DNA of 64,000 nucleotides from Chrysomallon squamiferum (GCA_012295275.1 CM022670.1:12462001-12526000); one strand, 5' to 3'. Shown: positions 46,629 through 62,100, counted from the stretch's first letter. Notes: generated by a model from the sequence alone, not told the origin. A program made the numbers and translations.

Positions 46629-49125
46629 TATTTATTTATTCATTTATTTTTATAATTTTTATTTTTTCAAAATATATAGGAATAGTTTATAAATACATTT
46701 CCACACAGAAGATTCAGTAGAACTTGGGGCTGACTTAACAGCATTACTGGGGCCCCTACTCACACAATCATGAAGAAAGGGAAATATCTGGAACCTGGTG
46801 GCAACCACCCACAGAGTCTTAAAATGGCACTGACAAAACAACTGTCATTCAATTCATTAACTCAGAGAATATTAGTTGACTTAGCAAGTAACGCTTTGGG
46901 TGTATAATTCTGAATCTACAATTCCTCAACTGTTATGTCAAAGCCTTCTCACCGACTAATGAACTTGAATTACCCAAGTCCAAAATCATGTGGGTTTTTG
47001 TTTTAATAAATTTACTCATAATTGTTGTTTTTTGTTTTGATTTTTGATTTTTAACATAAACCTAATCATTTTTTTCAGTGAATACTTCATACATTAGTTT
47101 CACTACCATCAGGTGAAACAAATATATAAAATTTTTGATATTTTCAGAAGAAATAAGAAGGTAAAACTTACTTGCACATTCCCTCCTAATTCTTCAACAA
47201 AGAACATATACATGCCAAATATTAAATTAAATATCTTTATTTAAAATAAAAAACAAAAAGGAATAAAAAGTATAAATGTTTTTTTTTATTGCACTACAAT
47301 CAGATAATTTGACAATGAGCTGTCATAAGATTTTTTATATAAATTGTTCTTATTTTATACAATGTAAGCTCAAGTATATTATTCTCCAAAACTGTATATC
47401 ATAAATTTATATAATATATTTACATATTAAATAAAAGGAAAATAAGATTACAAAAAATAATAAAAGGGTTAATTTTTCAATTCTTTTTTTAATTTTATTT
47501 TTTTCAGTGATCCATGTGGTAAAATTTTTACAAATCTTCCATAACAGTGAATAAACTGCTAAAAAAACCTACACAAACCTGAAAAAAACAAAAATTAAAA
47601 CTAATAATCTTTCTTGATATCTGTATGTAGAGAAACAGGTTTGTTTTAATAATATTATTTGTAATAAAATCATACACCAGTTATGAAAGAACAAGACAAT
47701 TTTTTAAAAATACCAAAAAAAAAAGAATGCATAGTTTATTGCTAAGGTTGGTATATAATCATTTTCCTTTTCTCTGTTCAGATAGTGTAAAGAAAAATTT
47801 CTAAATTTTTTAACAGAAAAATATGATTAATGAAAAATGGCCTGAACTAGAGGAAATAAATCTTGAAACATTATTTCACTGTTGTGTCAAGCATTAAAAT
47901 TTTTGGGTAGTGAAGAATATGTAAGTAAAACTATTTTGTAGATTTCAAAATTAAATTTTGTTTCAAGAAAATGTAGGTAATCTGGTGCTATAAACAATAC
48001 ACCAAATACATTTGATTTTTTTAAAGTATTTTATTTTACTCATCAACCTATGCTAATAATAAAATATAAAAGAGTAAATACATTGAACATACCATTTTTC
48101 TTTCTTGCTAATACAGTGGTCAAATCAGAAATGATGTAATCCTAAAAATGTAAACAGAACTGAAAGTCCAATTACTTTTGCTTATTTGTTTATAAGGTCA
48201 CTTTTAAGGTCTTTTCCCCGTATTTCTTTTGTCTATCCTTTGTTCTACATTCTCAATTAGATCTAATTTTACACTCTATGTTATGAAAACATGATATATA
48301 ATTAATGTATACTTCATATTTTCAGTAGTATGTTACAGTATTTGCAAGCACTTTTAATACAATGAAGCCAAAATAGAGCGAACAACCAGTCCATAATAGG
48401 AAAATGTATTAAATAAAAAATAATAATAAAAAAATGTGAAAAATATATATAAAAATGTAAAAAATTAAATAAATAAATAAAAAGAAGAAAAACCTAAAAT
48501 AAACTGGAGAAAAAAATTGGCCAGAAGCAATGTGTCAAGCAGTCATTTTGTTCTTCAGAAAAAATATACACGGCTTATTCACCAGACAACTAGTCACTTT
48601 ACACCAGTTATTCACAGTCATAGCTTTAATATACTGGTTATATGTGTTGTTGAAGCAAATCAAATACATAACAGATTTATAAAAAACAGTGATCATAAAT
48701 AGTTACTACTATTTCTATGATAAAACCAAAAAACTGATATATAATTAACTACAAAATATTAGTTACATAATAAATCAGTTAACAGTGTAAACATGACATA
48801 TTAAAAAATAATATTTGTTTGGTTGCAGCTTCCAAATGTTTAATACAGGAATGAGTAGTCATGTAACTCAAACATACAGCTAGCTTAGCTTGCTACAGGA
48901 ATCCCTGAGAGTGAATTCACTGAACTGTTTAAATGATGAAAAATATACTTAGCACGTATCTTTGTATTAAACCTTTAGTGTATGTACTTCAAACAATTTT
49001 GACTAGTCCAGCTTTTCTGTTCACAAGTTCATTGCTAATCAAAATTTCTGCACATAGCATTATAGGAAATAAAGTACAGTATTTACAAAAAATATATATA
49101 ATTTTGTTTTTCTGAATGTCTAAAT

Positions 49126-52100
49126 CTACATCCCATTATAGGCAGGTCCTTCACCACCCTGGGGGCACTCCCAGTTGATGTTTTGAGATGGATCTTTGAT
49201 GTCACATGTTTTACAGTGAATACAATTCTGTGCATTGATCTGCAAACGTTTACCACTTCCATCTTCAGTGTCGATGAATTCATAAACACCTGTAAAAATA
49301 TTTAATGCTTTGTAAACGATTAATAATTAGAAAACATATCTATATTAATAAACTGTGAACCTATCAGAATGATAATACACCTGGAAGTACATGTTTAAAA
49401 ACCTTTACAAAGAAGTTCTCTGGTTAACAGTTTGTTATACAAGATTTCAAATGATGAGAGTTTCTGCAGAACTAAAGCAGAGGCCTCTTGCCTTCCTTTT
49501 ATTAATTTACTATTATTTGTTACTGTTCTTTTTTAAATATATAAACACTGAAATGCTTAAAGTTTGTAACATGTTAATTTTTAATACTGTATTTCTATTT
49601 CTTTAATCTTGATGATAAATAAAATTCTGTCAGGCTTGAACAAACTTTTGATCATTATACCTGCAGGACAGAATCTTTGCTCAGGACCATCATAAATAGC
49701 CAAATTCTTTTCAACTGGAATGGAGTCATTTTTCAATACCAGGTGAGCTGGTTGGTCATGGTCATGGTTAGTTCCAGTGAGTACCACAGAAGAAAGCAGA
49801 TCAAAACTAATCTGTCCATCAGGTTTTGGATATTCTTTTGGTTTGCATTCAGCAGCAGGCTTCAGTCTCAAAGAATCAGGACCTTTAGTGATGTAAATAG
49901 ATAAAAATTCATTTTATTGTAAGTTTACTTTATAACATTTTTGACTTTGTTATTCATTGGTCAACAGTAGAGTTGCAAAAATAAAATATGGAAATGCATT
50001 ATGTAATATATATAAATATATATATATTATTCATGAAATAATTAAGTATTATTGAGATAGCTACATTCTTATCTTCAAATCACATACCATGATGGTGGAA
50101 AGTCCAGGGCTCTTTGCCTCGAAGAATCCAGCCAAAAACACCTGTGTACATCAACCCTCCATATAGACCTAGAGGGGAGCCAAATGCTGGTCTGCTGTTT
50201 CTCATAGCTTTCAGTTCTGTCCATACCCAGCTATCTCGAATCTTTTCTTCATAGCTTTCAGGATTCAGACCTGCATACAATATGAGTGAATGTACAAATT
50301 ATTGAACTAGTAAACAAATGTGACACATTTTAGAATCATCTGTTATCAAGTCATATATATAATAATGTTTCTGTAAGATGAAACCTGAAAGAAACCTGCT
50401 GTTATATCTCTTGGATTTTTAACTACTAATAAACATGGAAGAGAAAAGCAAAAGACAAATAACACAACATGATACAGTGTTTCATTATTACAAGAATATT
50501 ATTTACTTATTATTTTTCTTTTAAGCCAAATACCTTCATCTCAAATCAGTTCAACAAACTGATGTATTTAATATTATTTACTTATTATTTTTCTTTTAAG
50601 CCTTCATCTCAATTCAGTTCCACAAACTGATGTATTTAATTTTCCCCCTAAGTCTTACTTAAAATCAGAAAATAACAACAACCATACCTGTTGAACTGCC
50701 ACTTGCAGCTGTAATTGTGTCAAAAACACTTTCTGCTGCAACCATCCCACTTTTCATAGCATTGTGGGTCCCTTTAATTTTTGGAACATTCATGAAACCT
50801 GGACTGCAGCCAATTAAACAACCACCTGGAAATGTCAGCTTTGGTACGCACTTTAAATAATAACAAATGTAACATTATTACACAAGTACACAAATGAAAA
50901 GGGAAAAATAACAGTGTGCAGGCTTCTTTTCAGCTTTATTGTATTGCGTGTAAGAAGACTATTAAATAAATGATAAAACCTATTTCTAATATTCAAATTT
51001 TAAACCATGAGACATATGGTCAGAGATGATTCAGATAATGATAAAGTAAACCCACAATTTCTAGGTAATGGGCTCCTCTGCTCATTCCATTAATAGAAAA
51101 GATAGAAAACAATCATATGGCAGTGACTGGAATGGGGAAATAGTTCAAACACAAACCACAGGCCAAATAACAAAATGTTGACTCTTACCTGCATGCCACC
51201 TTCGTTCAATGCTCTTGCTCCATATCCTATTCTTTTACCACCTTTTAACACTGATTCAATGGATGGGTGATGTTTAAATTTTTGAAATTCACGGAATGGA
51301 TTCAAGTATGGATTTTGATAGTCAAGGCCAACCTGCCAGGAAAAAAGAACAATATATTACCTGATGATTTACTAACAATATCAGGGATACATGTTAATTT
51401 AAACCATAGACACTCTACATAAAAACATATTTTATATAACGTTAAACTATAAATTAACAATTGTTATGAACAGGAAATTATGATACTTAAATATAAAAAC
51501 ACAAATCTGAAAATACAGTATTATATATTTTTAATTTTAGTTTTTACTTACCTATCTATACATCCTTTTGTTAAGCTCTATGAAAATCAAAATTTAACTA
51601 TTACTGTTTTCAAATATTCATAGAATTCTCTATTATTATATAAAAAAGGTTAAGTGGGTGCTAAAAATAGTGTTATTTTATTTGAACTGTGTTATGTGTA
51701 AGTTTATAGATATGTTAAATAAATAATAAAATAATTAAAATAACTAATCAAATAAGACAAAATAAAATATCTACTTAGTACTTACTACTATGCCAATTGC
51801 AATAAGTGGTACATCTCCTAAATGATATAAGAATGTTCCAGCGTATGTGTGCATATCCTAAAAACAATAAAATGATGGTTAAAACAAATATCCTTATATT
51901 TTCTTGGCTGACAGATGAAATAAAAATAAGTAAATTTATTTTAAAAATATATCCAGAACAAAAGATTGACAGAAATGCCTACAATATTAATTAAAATAAA
52001 TATTCAAAAATTAATAATTAAACATTACTGCCTTATTGTTCTGGCAGATGTTTTTAATATTTCTTTTCCAGATAAAGCTCACTGATAATACACAAAAAAG

Positions 52101-53750
52101 AAGGTAAAATTGTTTTTATAATTTCTTTAATAGGCTTAGTCTTGTTTCCAAGAGCAAAACATTTTGATATTTTGTCATTAAAAAATGAGGTATTCTTTAA
52201 ATCTCAAGGCTTTATATATGTGAGAATAATTTTCAGAATATTATTTCACTTACAAATGGCCAGCCAACTGTGTGCTCCACCTGTCCTGGTTTATGTTTCT
52301 CTGGATCTATTTCCCACAACTCCTTAAAACCAATACCGTAAGTCTGGGGTTCACAGTTCGTGCGCAGGTTAAATTTCTGGTACAGTTGTTTGGCAAGGTT
52401 ACCATGGCAACCTTCTGCAAACATTGTGATTTTGGCATTAAATTCCATACCTCTTTCAAAATTTTCCTGATCAAAATAAAATTACATTTTAATGAACAGT
52501 TGATTATAAACATGAAAATGAAAATACATTTTATATTTAGTTACAAAACATTTGCTCTCACTGGGTTGTTTTTCAATGATCTAATTACTAAATGTTTTTA
52601 GAGAAATAATTATTTTGTAAAACTGTTTAAATCAGTAGCAAAGTACTAACTCGTCTTTACTGATTTTATAAAAGGTTATAAGTTAACAGATATTATGATT
52701 TGCATGAGTAAGAAAGAAAACCTGCTATGTGAACTACTTTAATTGATTTCCAAGGCATTCTCAACAGCTAATTTCTCTGAAAAAGAAAATTATGTACCAA
52801 GTGGCTGGAAAGGACAATAGCTTACATATACACACAATAGATAATATTTTAACAACGAATATTTAAATGAAAACCTGAAATCATACTTTTGGTGATCCAT
52901 CCTTGGCAATTCCTACATCATTTGTGGCAATCCCTTTGACACTTCCATCCTTGTGAAACAAAATCTGAAATACACAGAAAAGAAGTAATAAACAGACAAG
53001 TAAAATATTGTTTATTGTATTCTTAGAGAGTGGTACAACACATGTTACATCAAATATAATTACATGCATGTATGCTTTGTAGCAGCCACTGGCATTATAC
53101 AGAAACTTATGATGGAGTATATGAATCTCTCTGCATGTTTTAATATTACTGTTATACATTATTAGTAGTAAACTAATAAAACAATTGCATATAATTATTC
53201 CAAATCAATTTCGACTCTATTTCACGGGACACTTTCAATTTTTACCTCACTTGCTGCATATCCAGGATAAAGCTCAACACCAAGGGCTTCAGCCTGCTCT
53301 CCTAACCATCTCACAACATTTCCCAATCTAACCACATAGTTTCCATGGTTATAGACGGGCATGCCTGAGAGAGAAAGAATCAGATCGATCAAACACCTTC
53401 CATAACCAAACTTTTCTTTCTTGTTTCACAACTGAAGATATGTTTATATAGTAATATAGACTCACTGAAGGAGTATGCATGTACCTAACTTTTGACATGA
53501 TTATATCATGTGCAGTTCAGGCAATCAAATCACTAGAAGAATGAAATGAAAGCATGGACTGAAACAAACATAAGTGGACACTTCACTGGAATCCAGTGAA
53601 ACTGAATACTAGCTCAAATTCATACTTTACATCAACCAGCAATTCTGATGTAATAAAATGTTATAAAGAAAGCAAGTAGTGAAAACTTATCAAAATATTT
53701 ATGGACACCACAATTATGCCATTTTATATTCAGCCTGAAATCTTACCATT

Positions 53751-53846
<96 letters not shown>

Positions 53847-56800
53847 AAATGCTTAATTAAATAAAATTAATGAAAAAAAATATATATATATATTATGCAC
53901 TAACCAAACAGGAATTATACCATTACATTTAATAATTTCAAAACAGTTTTGGAAACATCTGGTACTAACTTATAATAACAAATTTTAATAATAAATATAT
54001 ATGTTAATCTATATCTTTTTTAAATAATTTTTTTTTTTTTTTTTTTTTTTTTGAAAGTATTATAATTTTATTTAAATTTGTAAATATTCAGAATAATTTA
54101 AAGTAAATTTCATTGCAAAGAATGTAGATAAAATAATTACCTGGTAGAACAGGTATAGGTATTCTATATTTTTCTGTCAGAAAACCAAACTTGTCAGTGG
54201 TTACTGGAGTATCAAGTGGTGACTGAAAAGAATGAGGGAAAAATAAATATTAGATATACATTTAAAATACTCTACCTTGTATCAAACAGAAATTATTAAT
54301 GCCAGAAATAGAACAAAGATTATTTAACTTGCATCATAAATATTTTGTATTGCTTTGTGGATTTTTTTAAATGATAATTTTATTTATAAACACACCTGTT
54401 GTGTACTTGTTATACTGCCATGAATGACAAATGTCAATGGTTCTATATTCAGTGTATACTGCTATTCAGAGTTTTTGACAGTATCAGCAGTGTCAGTATT
54501 TAATATGTTTTTACTCTCAATTACATCTTACATTTCTGTCCTTCCAGTCTGGAAACAGTTCATTTAGAGCTCTTGGTTCAATGCAAGCTCCTGACAATAT
54601 ATGTCCACCTGTAAAAAAGAAAAAAAATGCTAACAAATGTCAGATATTCAAATTTTAATCAGAAGTAATAATCCAAGCAGTAAAGTGCTATGATGAGGGT
54701 AGGAGCAATTAAAGTATATACATATGCCTATGATAAACTCCATTAAACAGATGTTTCACTGTTATTAACAAGAGTAGCTAGCCAATAAAGCAGATGTCTC
54801 CCCTCTTTGCTTCTAAAATATGTTGGAACATCATTAAGGATTAAATATGCTTTCAGTCATTTCATTCACAGAATTTTAAAAAAAAATGTTTTTATGTCAA
54901 TTAAGATATTCTTGAAATTTTTAAAAAAATAATAAAAATGTTAAAAACATTTTTTAATTAAATGTCAACTTTTGCATCAGATAATTGTAATCAGTTCATG
55001 CAATATTTAGTCAACAATTAAAGACTGTATTATACATTAAGCAGAAAAACATTTACATTGTTATAACATAACTATTATATATGTGCATTTATTTGTGTGC
55101 ATGAGTGTGTGTGGGTTATGTTTGTATGTTTTTTTTATGTTAATCGATAAATAAATTGATTAATACTGTTTTGGACAATACTACAATGAGTTTCACTATT
55201 CACAAAGATAAGGACAGATACATATGACACCATGCACAGATGTCAGTAACTAAATATCATTTACTAAAAATAAAAAATAAAAACAAACAAAATATATAAT
55301 TTAAAAAAAAAATAATAAAAATTAAAAATTAAATAAATCAATAAAAACATGCATATACTATTATAAACAACCTTTAGTAAATTTGTAAATGGATCTTCAG
55401 TTTATCTAATATTAAAACTATCAAAACAAAAATCAAGGTCTTTATTTTTATTTGTTATTTTCATTTTTTTGTGTTTCTACCCATCACAATTTATATACAT
55501 ATAAGTGGTGGGAAATCCCCTTTTCTGCAAGTCCAGAATCAGTTTATGATCTTTGGGGCCAAAATTATTTTTGAAAATACATGTTCACTAAACATTTTTT
55601 TAAATTTTTTCTCCAAGGCATATGCTCATTTCTGTAAATGAAATAATTTTTATTTGTAACCAGTCTTACAGCCAATTAAACACTTCAACTGATCAAACAT
55701 TTGTCAAAACACTTCTGTAAATTAATGGGGGTTTTTTGTCAGCTGTAACCAGAAATAAATGCCATATTATTTATTAGTTAATCTTTCCAATTCTGATAGC
55801 TATGAAAAATCAAAACTGTCAATTATTTGGTACAATAGTGATTACAAGCTCTGCAAATGCAAACTTGGTCTTGGGAATAAACCCATCAACAAGATAAACA
55901 TTAGTTTTACTTGTCACATGACTATTAACATCCCCATTTTTCCTTTTCTTTTCTTTTTTCTTTTTTTGCAGTATAGGAATTAGCTATAACATATTTAAAA
56001 CAAAAGATCTAGGTGTTTTTGCTAGTTACAGTAATAAAGGGTTTGAAAGATGAAAATTAGTTTATACCATAAAAAAGAATGACTTAATAGGTACAGTTTT
56101 TACAAATAATGCTTGTACTGAAATGACTGGCCACTGGAACTAAGTAAAGTTTGTCCTTATTATCATTCAAACATGGTATAAAACATTCACATTTTGTACA
56201 TTGTATATGCAAAAAAAAAATATCAGATATTTTCTTCTTCTTTTTTTTTTTTTGGCATATTGCAAATATTAATTAAATAGTTTTCAACAACAACATTTTA
56301 ATATTCTATATTTCTCAAAATAATTAACTGTTATTTTACACACTTAAAATAATGTATGTATATACATGTATAAAATGACAAAATTGACTTTTAATTAAAA
56401 CTGTTAGGGAGAGATGATGTTATAACATGAATTTTCCAGTGACCAATGAACAAATAACACACACACACATACACATACAAAATATAAACACAACAAGAAG
56501 TTAAACAAATACAAACCTAATTCAGCAGCTTTATCCACAAGACATACACGCAGCTCTTTGCCCTGTTCATTTGCTAGCTGTTTAAGTCTGCATGCTGCTG
56601 ACAGACCAGCTGGGCCCCCTCCAACAATCACCACGTCAGCATCATCTGAAAAGCGTTCCATGGAAACATCTGAAAGAAACAGCAACCAGCCAATGAAGAT
56701 GTCATATATATTTTATATCATTTTACTGTTAAAGGAAACAAATAAAAATGATGAGGAGAAACATGCAGAATGACATACAGAGAGACTGGAAAGGTCATTT

Positions 56801-57248
56801 TATCAGTACATGTCTTGTTACCAAACTGTTGTATTAATAAAGTAATATGTAGCTTGTTGTCATTTGTAAAGTAAACAATGATAAATATTTCTCTTTGAAA
56901 ATTAAAAACATAATTAAAATGTAACCAGTCATGTAACAGCATCTTCCATTCTATACCTTTCCACCTGGGATCTTTTTCTCTGGGATAAATGGTGTAGTGA
57001 GTTGTAATTTTGGGAACATTCTTTTGAGTACATAAGGATCGGTGAATATGATGAACACATCTTTGAGCTAAAAAAAAACAAAGAAGAAGATTACATATAT
57101 GATAAAACTAAAAGAATGTATGTTAATCTCTTTATGATTAATTTTCAGTTTTATTGAATAATGAATGCTCTAGTCAAGATTTATATAAAAATAATAACTT
57201 TCATAACCTGTTTTATTTAGTTCATTTTACAGAATAAAGAAATTTTTA

Positions 57249-57297
<49 letters not shown>

Positions 57298-58247
57298 AAG
57301 CAATTCACATAAATTAATGATAGAATGTAATAATTAAAAATAAAACTATTCATATTTTATTTTTATTTCTTTATTTTGTTCATTTATAATACCACCTGTT
57401 TTTAATTTCACTTCATAACCTTTAATGTATGCAGTAACAAACAAATGTTGAAATACGTGTACACAAACAGGTAGCCAACTATCACATTATATTGTACTTA
57501 GTCACGTTTAGTTGTTTACACCTATTTCCTGGTCAGTGACTTTAACTGAACAACATGTATTAAAACCAAACAATGATTACAGAATATAACTTTTATTAAT
57601 GACAGTTAAACTTGTTTTTATATAGACAGAAAGATTTTTTTTTTTTTTTAAAGTTTTTATTTTTATTATTATTATTTTTTTTTTTTTTTTTTTTTTTTTA
57701 AATCTAACAATAATAATGGGATACAGGACTAAAAAGTCAAATGAATATCAATATAACGAAAATAGGTAATCCAAAAATAACGCTCTGAAAATGAAAGACG
57801 AATCAAAATTTCAAAGTTGTCTAAAGCTAAATGAGTGAATCTATGCAAATTGAAATTACTTTTAAATAATTATGCATTTCGATTTGTTTTATAAATATAC
57901 AAACACATTTTACTTTTAAAGTCTTGATAAACGTGATTAAATTTTAAAGCGAAGGTCAGGAATACTAGTTTCGTATCTATGGCTTAACAACAAAATCTAA
58001 AAGTGGACTTTGACCCGTGCAATTTGTTTATTATGGTTTAGCAGACGATACGAGTGGCAACTGTGAAATTCTAAATCACTATAATCTAATTAATTATTTT
58101 AAGAATATATATATATATATTAATTAAGTGATTATTAATACTAAAAAATAATTATAATAACAATTTCTTTTGTTTCTGTTATCTATTACTAGTTTAATAT
58201 AATTTACCTGAGTTCAGCGCTCGACACGTTCCAACCAAAGCCGCCAT
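49126..58247 (-). CDS. ETFDH: Electron transfer flavoprotein-ubiquinone oxidoreductase, mitochondrial (ETF-QO), 14 exons, 606 aa
   Basis: Exons (plus-strand coordinates, gene order): 58208-58247, 56957-57067, 56517-56669, 54532-54608, 54141-54222, 53246-53364, 52887-52964, 52254-52466, 51786-51857, 51189-51332, 50688-50850, 50088-50270, 49661-49882, 49126-49289 (TAG); 1821 nt total, in frame. FAD motif [48 protein letters not shown]; 4Fe-4[23 protein letters not shown]; C-terminus GPAYNGM. The first exon ([13 protein letters not shown]) is less certain. Confidence 0.98.
50495..50640. repeat. Two-copy tandem duplication (~70 bp) in an ETFDH intron
   Basis: AATATTATTTACTTATTATTTTTCTTTTAAGCC(AAATACC)TTCATCTCAA(A/T)TCAGTTC(A/C)ACAAACTGATGTATTT repeated head to tail. 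Confidence 0.9.
53752..53840. repeat. (TAA)n microsatellite in an ETFDH intron
   Basis: Perfect TAA run. Confidence 0.97.
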
Positions 58248-58520
58248 TACGTTTATGCGAAATGCTTTACGTTAAACGACTGTAAACAAAATAAAATACT
58301 AGCAACAACATACAGTATATATAGTTATAAATATTAACGCAAAAAATATTTAGTATAAAGTCGTTTCATTTTTCATTACTGTTTATTGTGAGAACTACAT
58401 TTAAAAATGTTAGAAGTCGTAATAAATGATGACACCACAAATGGTCTCATTTCACTTTTTATTTAATTACATAAATTTTCTGTTTTATTTAATAGTTGGT
58501 TTTCATTCCTAATCGTTGTT
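57450..58520 (-). promoter_or_regulatory. Locally CpG-retaining ETFDH promoter/first-intron region
   Basis: CG dinucleotides reappear frequently around the ATG at 58247 but are very rare in the flanking ETFDH and RRP8 gene bodies. Confidence 0.55.
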
Positions 58521-58710
58521 CAAAATTATGGAATTTATATATTACAACTTTAACAGAATTAAATATACTGAATCAGAGATAATAACTTTTATGACAACAT
58601 ACTCTTTTATTTATTCATTTTAATTTTTATTTTATTTTTTATTGCTGTTATTATTATTATTACTATTATTAGTTGTATTAGTAGTAGCACTAGTAGTAGT
58701 ACTAATAGTA

Positions 58711-58750
<40 letters not shown>

Positions 58751-59193
58751 TCATTGGATATCCTAAGCTGGAGTGAAAATGTAAATAATACCTTTTATTA
58801 TTAAAAATTAAATTTATTTTATTATTATTATTATTTGTGTGTGTGCGTGCATGTGTGTGTGTGTGTGTGTGTGTTTTTGTGAGTTTTTTCAGGAGGTTAA
58901 TATAAACTAAACTAATTAGTAAAAATAACAACAACAACAACAAAAAAGAAGTAAAAATAATAATAATAATAAAAGTAAACAAAAATAAAAATAAATAAAT
59001 ATCCAATACACAAAAGACTAAAGAAAATTCATATTTTATTTATTATTTTTATATCATTTTCTGAAAACTGTTCATTGAACAGAAATTTATAAAATACTGG
59101 TCCAGATGGACAAACAAAAGAAGACATTTTCCAATATTAATCATTTTATTTGTTTAATCACAGAAATTAAATTATGTAAAAGTGTTAAAAAAA

Positions 59194-62100
59194 TCATCTT
59201 CTTTTGTAAAGACAAGGATTCAGCTGTATATCAGGATGCTGTGCTTTCTTCACATTGCCAGTTTTTACAAAGTCGAACAAGTAGAACATTTTGTTTTCTG
59301 TGTTCTAAAAAATAAAAAAATAAAAAAAAAAAAAAATAATTTTAATAAATAAATGAATGCAACAAATAGTAACAATAAAACAAACAGGAAAAAGCTGATG
59401 GTACTGATGAACAATCTTAACAACAACATAAGAAATTTATATATTAAAAAAATTGCTAAAAGTATCAATAATACTGATTATATAATAATACTGGTTCTTT
59501 TAAAATGAGAATAAAAATGGTTATCTTTCTAAAGACCTTGTTCCAAATAATATATTTACCTTATCTGAAAACTGAAAACCCATCATCTCCACATCACGAA
59601 CAAATCTGGATTTTCTTTCAAACCTACTGGCAACTTCAGCTATTTTCAGTAAACCCCTGATTAAAACAAATAATATAAAAAATTAGTAAACATGTTATTT
59701 ATTATAGGATGGTGTGGAAATTTAATTAAAGAAACAATAATGATCATTACAAAACAAATTAATGTTATCCAATAAAATTTTATGCAATCAATTAGAGAAT
59801 AAACCGATATTTCAAATAGGTTACAAATGTACAGTAATTAATATTACAGAGAACAAATTAAACATTTTGATTGTGAATATTTGCAAATTGAAAAGTATAA
59901 GTGTATGTTGTACATTTTGAAGATTAAAGTGCATGATCCCAGTTTTGAATGTTTACCCTTTCTGAATATTTCATTCCGCAAATTGGTTTAAACCCTTTTT
60001 TTATGAATATAATTTGCTCAATCAGACCAGTGACAGAATGAGAAAAATGGGTATAGAACCCTATACTGGGCCAATCTTCATAAAATTGGTACAAAATTTT
60101 GCCATTTTTGTTTAGTTTGGAAAATGAAGATAAAATAAATCCTGAGATGACATGATCCCAAAACATATAAAAGTTTTGAATGTTTACCCATACCTGAAAA
60201 TAACACCAGTCAGCCAAGTTTTATAAAAATCTGAGACGGTCAGGTTTAAATTTCTTTTTTTTTTGGGTGATTTGACACGGAATGACCCAAAAACATAATA
60301 CAGTTACCCTTTCTTAAAAATAAGTATAATGTTGTAATCTAATTATCCTGTCTTAAGAACCAGTGTCAGACTAACCAAGTTAAATGAACAAGTATAATCT
60401 AACATAATTACCATTTAATAAGAACAAACTAAATATTCTCACTAGCTGTCCTTTCATAAAAATATAAGTAATACTTTAAACAAGTTAACCTTTCATAATA
60501 AGAAATATAATATTGTAACCTAGTTACCATTTAATAATAAGAAGTTTAATACTCATAAGAACAATGATAATACTATAATATAGTTGCCTTTCATAATAAT
60601 AACTATAATAAAGTAACTAATAGCCCTGTATAATACTGTTATACAGCTGCCCTTTCATAATAACATATATTATACTTTAACCTAGTTTATCATTTATAAG
60701 AATTAGTTCAATACTGTAATGTAGTTTACCCTTTAAGTATAATATAGTAAACAGTTAACCTCCCATAAGAACAAGATTAATAAGCTACTTACCCTTTTTT
60801 AAGAACTCTGTTGGCCTCACACAGATAATCACTGAGATTTGTACCCATTAGTGAGAGACAGAATACTGCTAAATCAACACTGTTGTTAGCAAGGGGTACC
60901 TAAAATAATAATAATAAATAATAGGTTTTTTTGTTACTTTTTTTATCATGTAATGTGAAAGTGAATATAATCAGTATAACTGGAGGAGTCAGGAAAGGAT
61001 GAACATTTAGAGAAAAAGATACAGTTAAGCAGCAGAAGATAAGAAACAAAATCTGTATCACTGGTGAGCTAATAATTATGAGCTATAAACTCAAAATATG
61101 TAGGATGGATTATGAATTTTCAAAATATTGCAAAGTATTTAAAAATATACTTAGTTATATTACTTACTGTATGAAATAAAAATAAAATAAAAAATTAAAA
61201 TTTATTGTCAACAGAAATATGATCTCGTTCCTGCAAGAAATCCCCCCAAAATAACAGATCCGATCCTAGAAAATCTTACATATTAGTATTCACATTCATT
61301 AATTGAAAAATTTTGTTTGCATCCTTTGTATACCTTTGCCATATCACAAGCTGTAACATGTTTGTTGAGAGATACCAGATCAAATGAATGGACTTTATTA
61401 GGAACACTTTGAGCTAATACTGCTTCACCACAGCCAAAGTCGGCTATGACCAGATCAGGTGACCTGAAATGAGGAACAAAATATTTTATTAACCAGTTAT
61501 AAGGAATATTCAAATCTGCAAAAATCTGTAAAAACTGAAATATAATTTTCTTCTCAAATTACTTTACATAAAAATTAGTCTCAAATCAATTTGGATATTT
61601 TTAAATATAATCATATTCAATAGAGTTGACACCCACTCAAAATAAAACCTGCACAGATTTTGTTCATACTAAATACATTTACTTATATTATTAAAAAAGC
61701 AAATATAAATATATAGTATAGTAACTTAACTTATATATGATAAAACTTTGACAGACTGTCTCTTTGAAAGTTTCAGTTTTCAAAGTATATCAGACATGGA
61801 ATTTATATAACATAGCATTTATGTAATATTTCTTACTGGTTTTGTATATCTTTGATGATAACATTAAGAGGACTGAGAGGCCATTTGCTCACTTGAGCCT
61901 GATATCCTTCATGATAGGCTCTGAAAGCTTCTTTGTCTTTAGAAAACAGAGCAAGAGCTTCAGACCCAGTCTGTGTATATATCTGTTCACTCAGGTAGCG
62001 GAATCGGGCTGAGCTCAAACGATCCAACATTCGTTCTCTCAGTGACATGTTTTTCTGAGTTTGCTTAACTTCACCTGACTTTGGTGAAGTTTGTTGGTTG

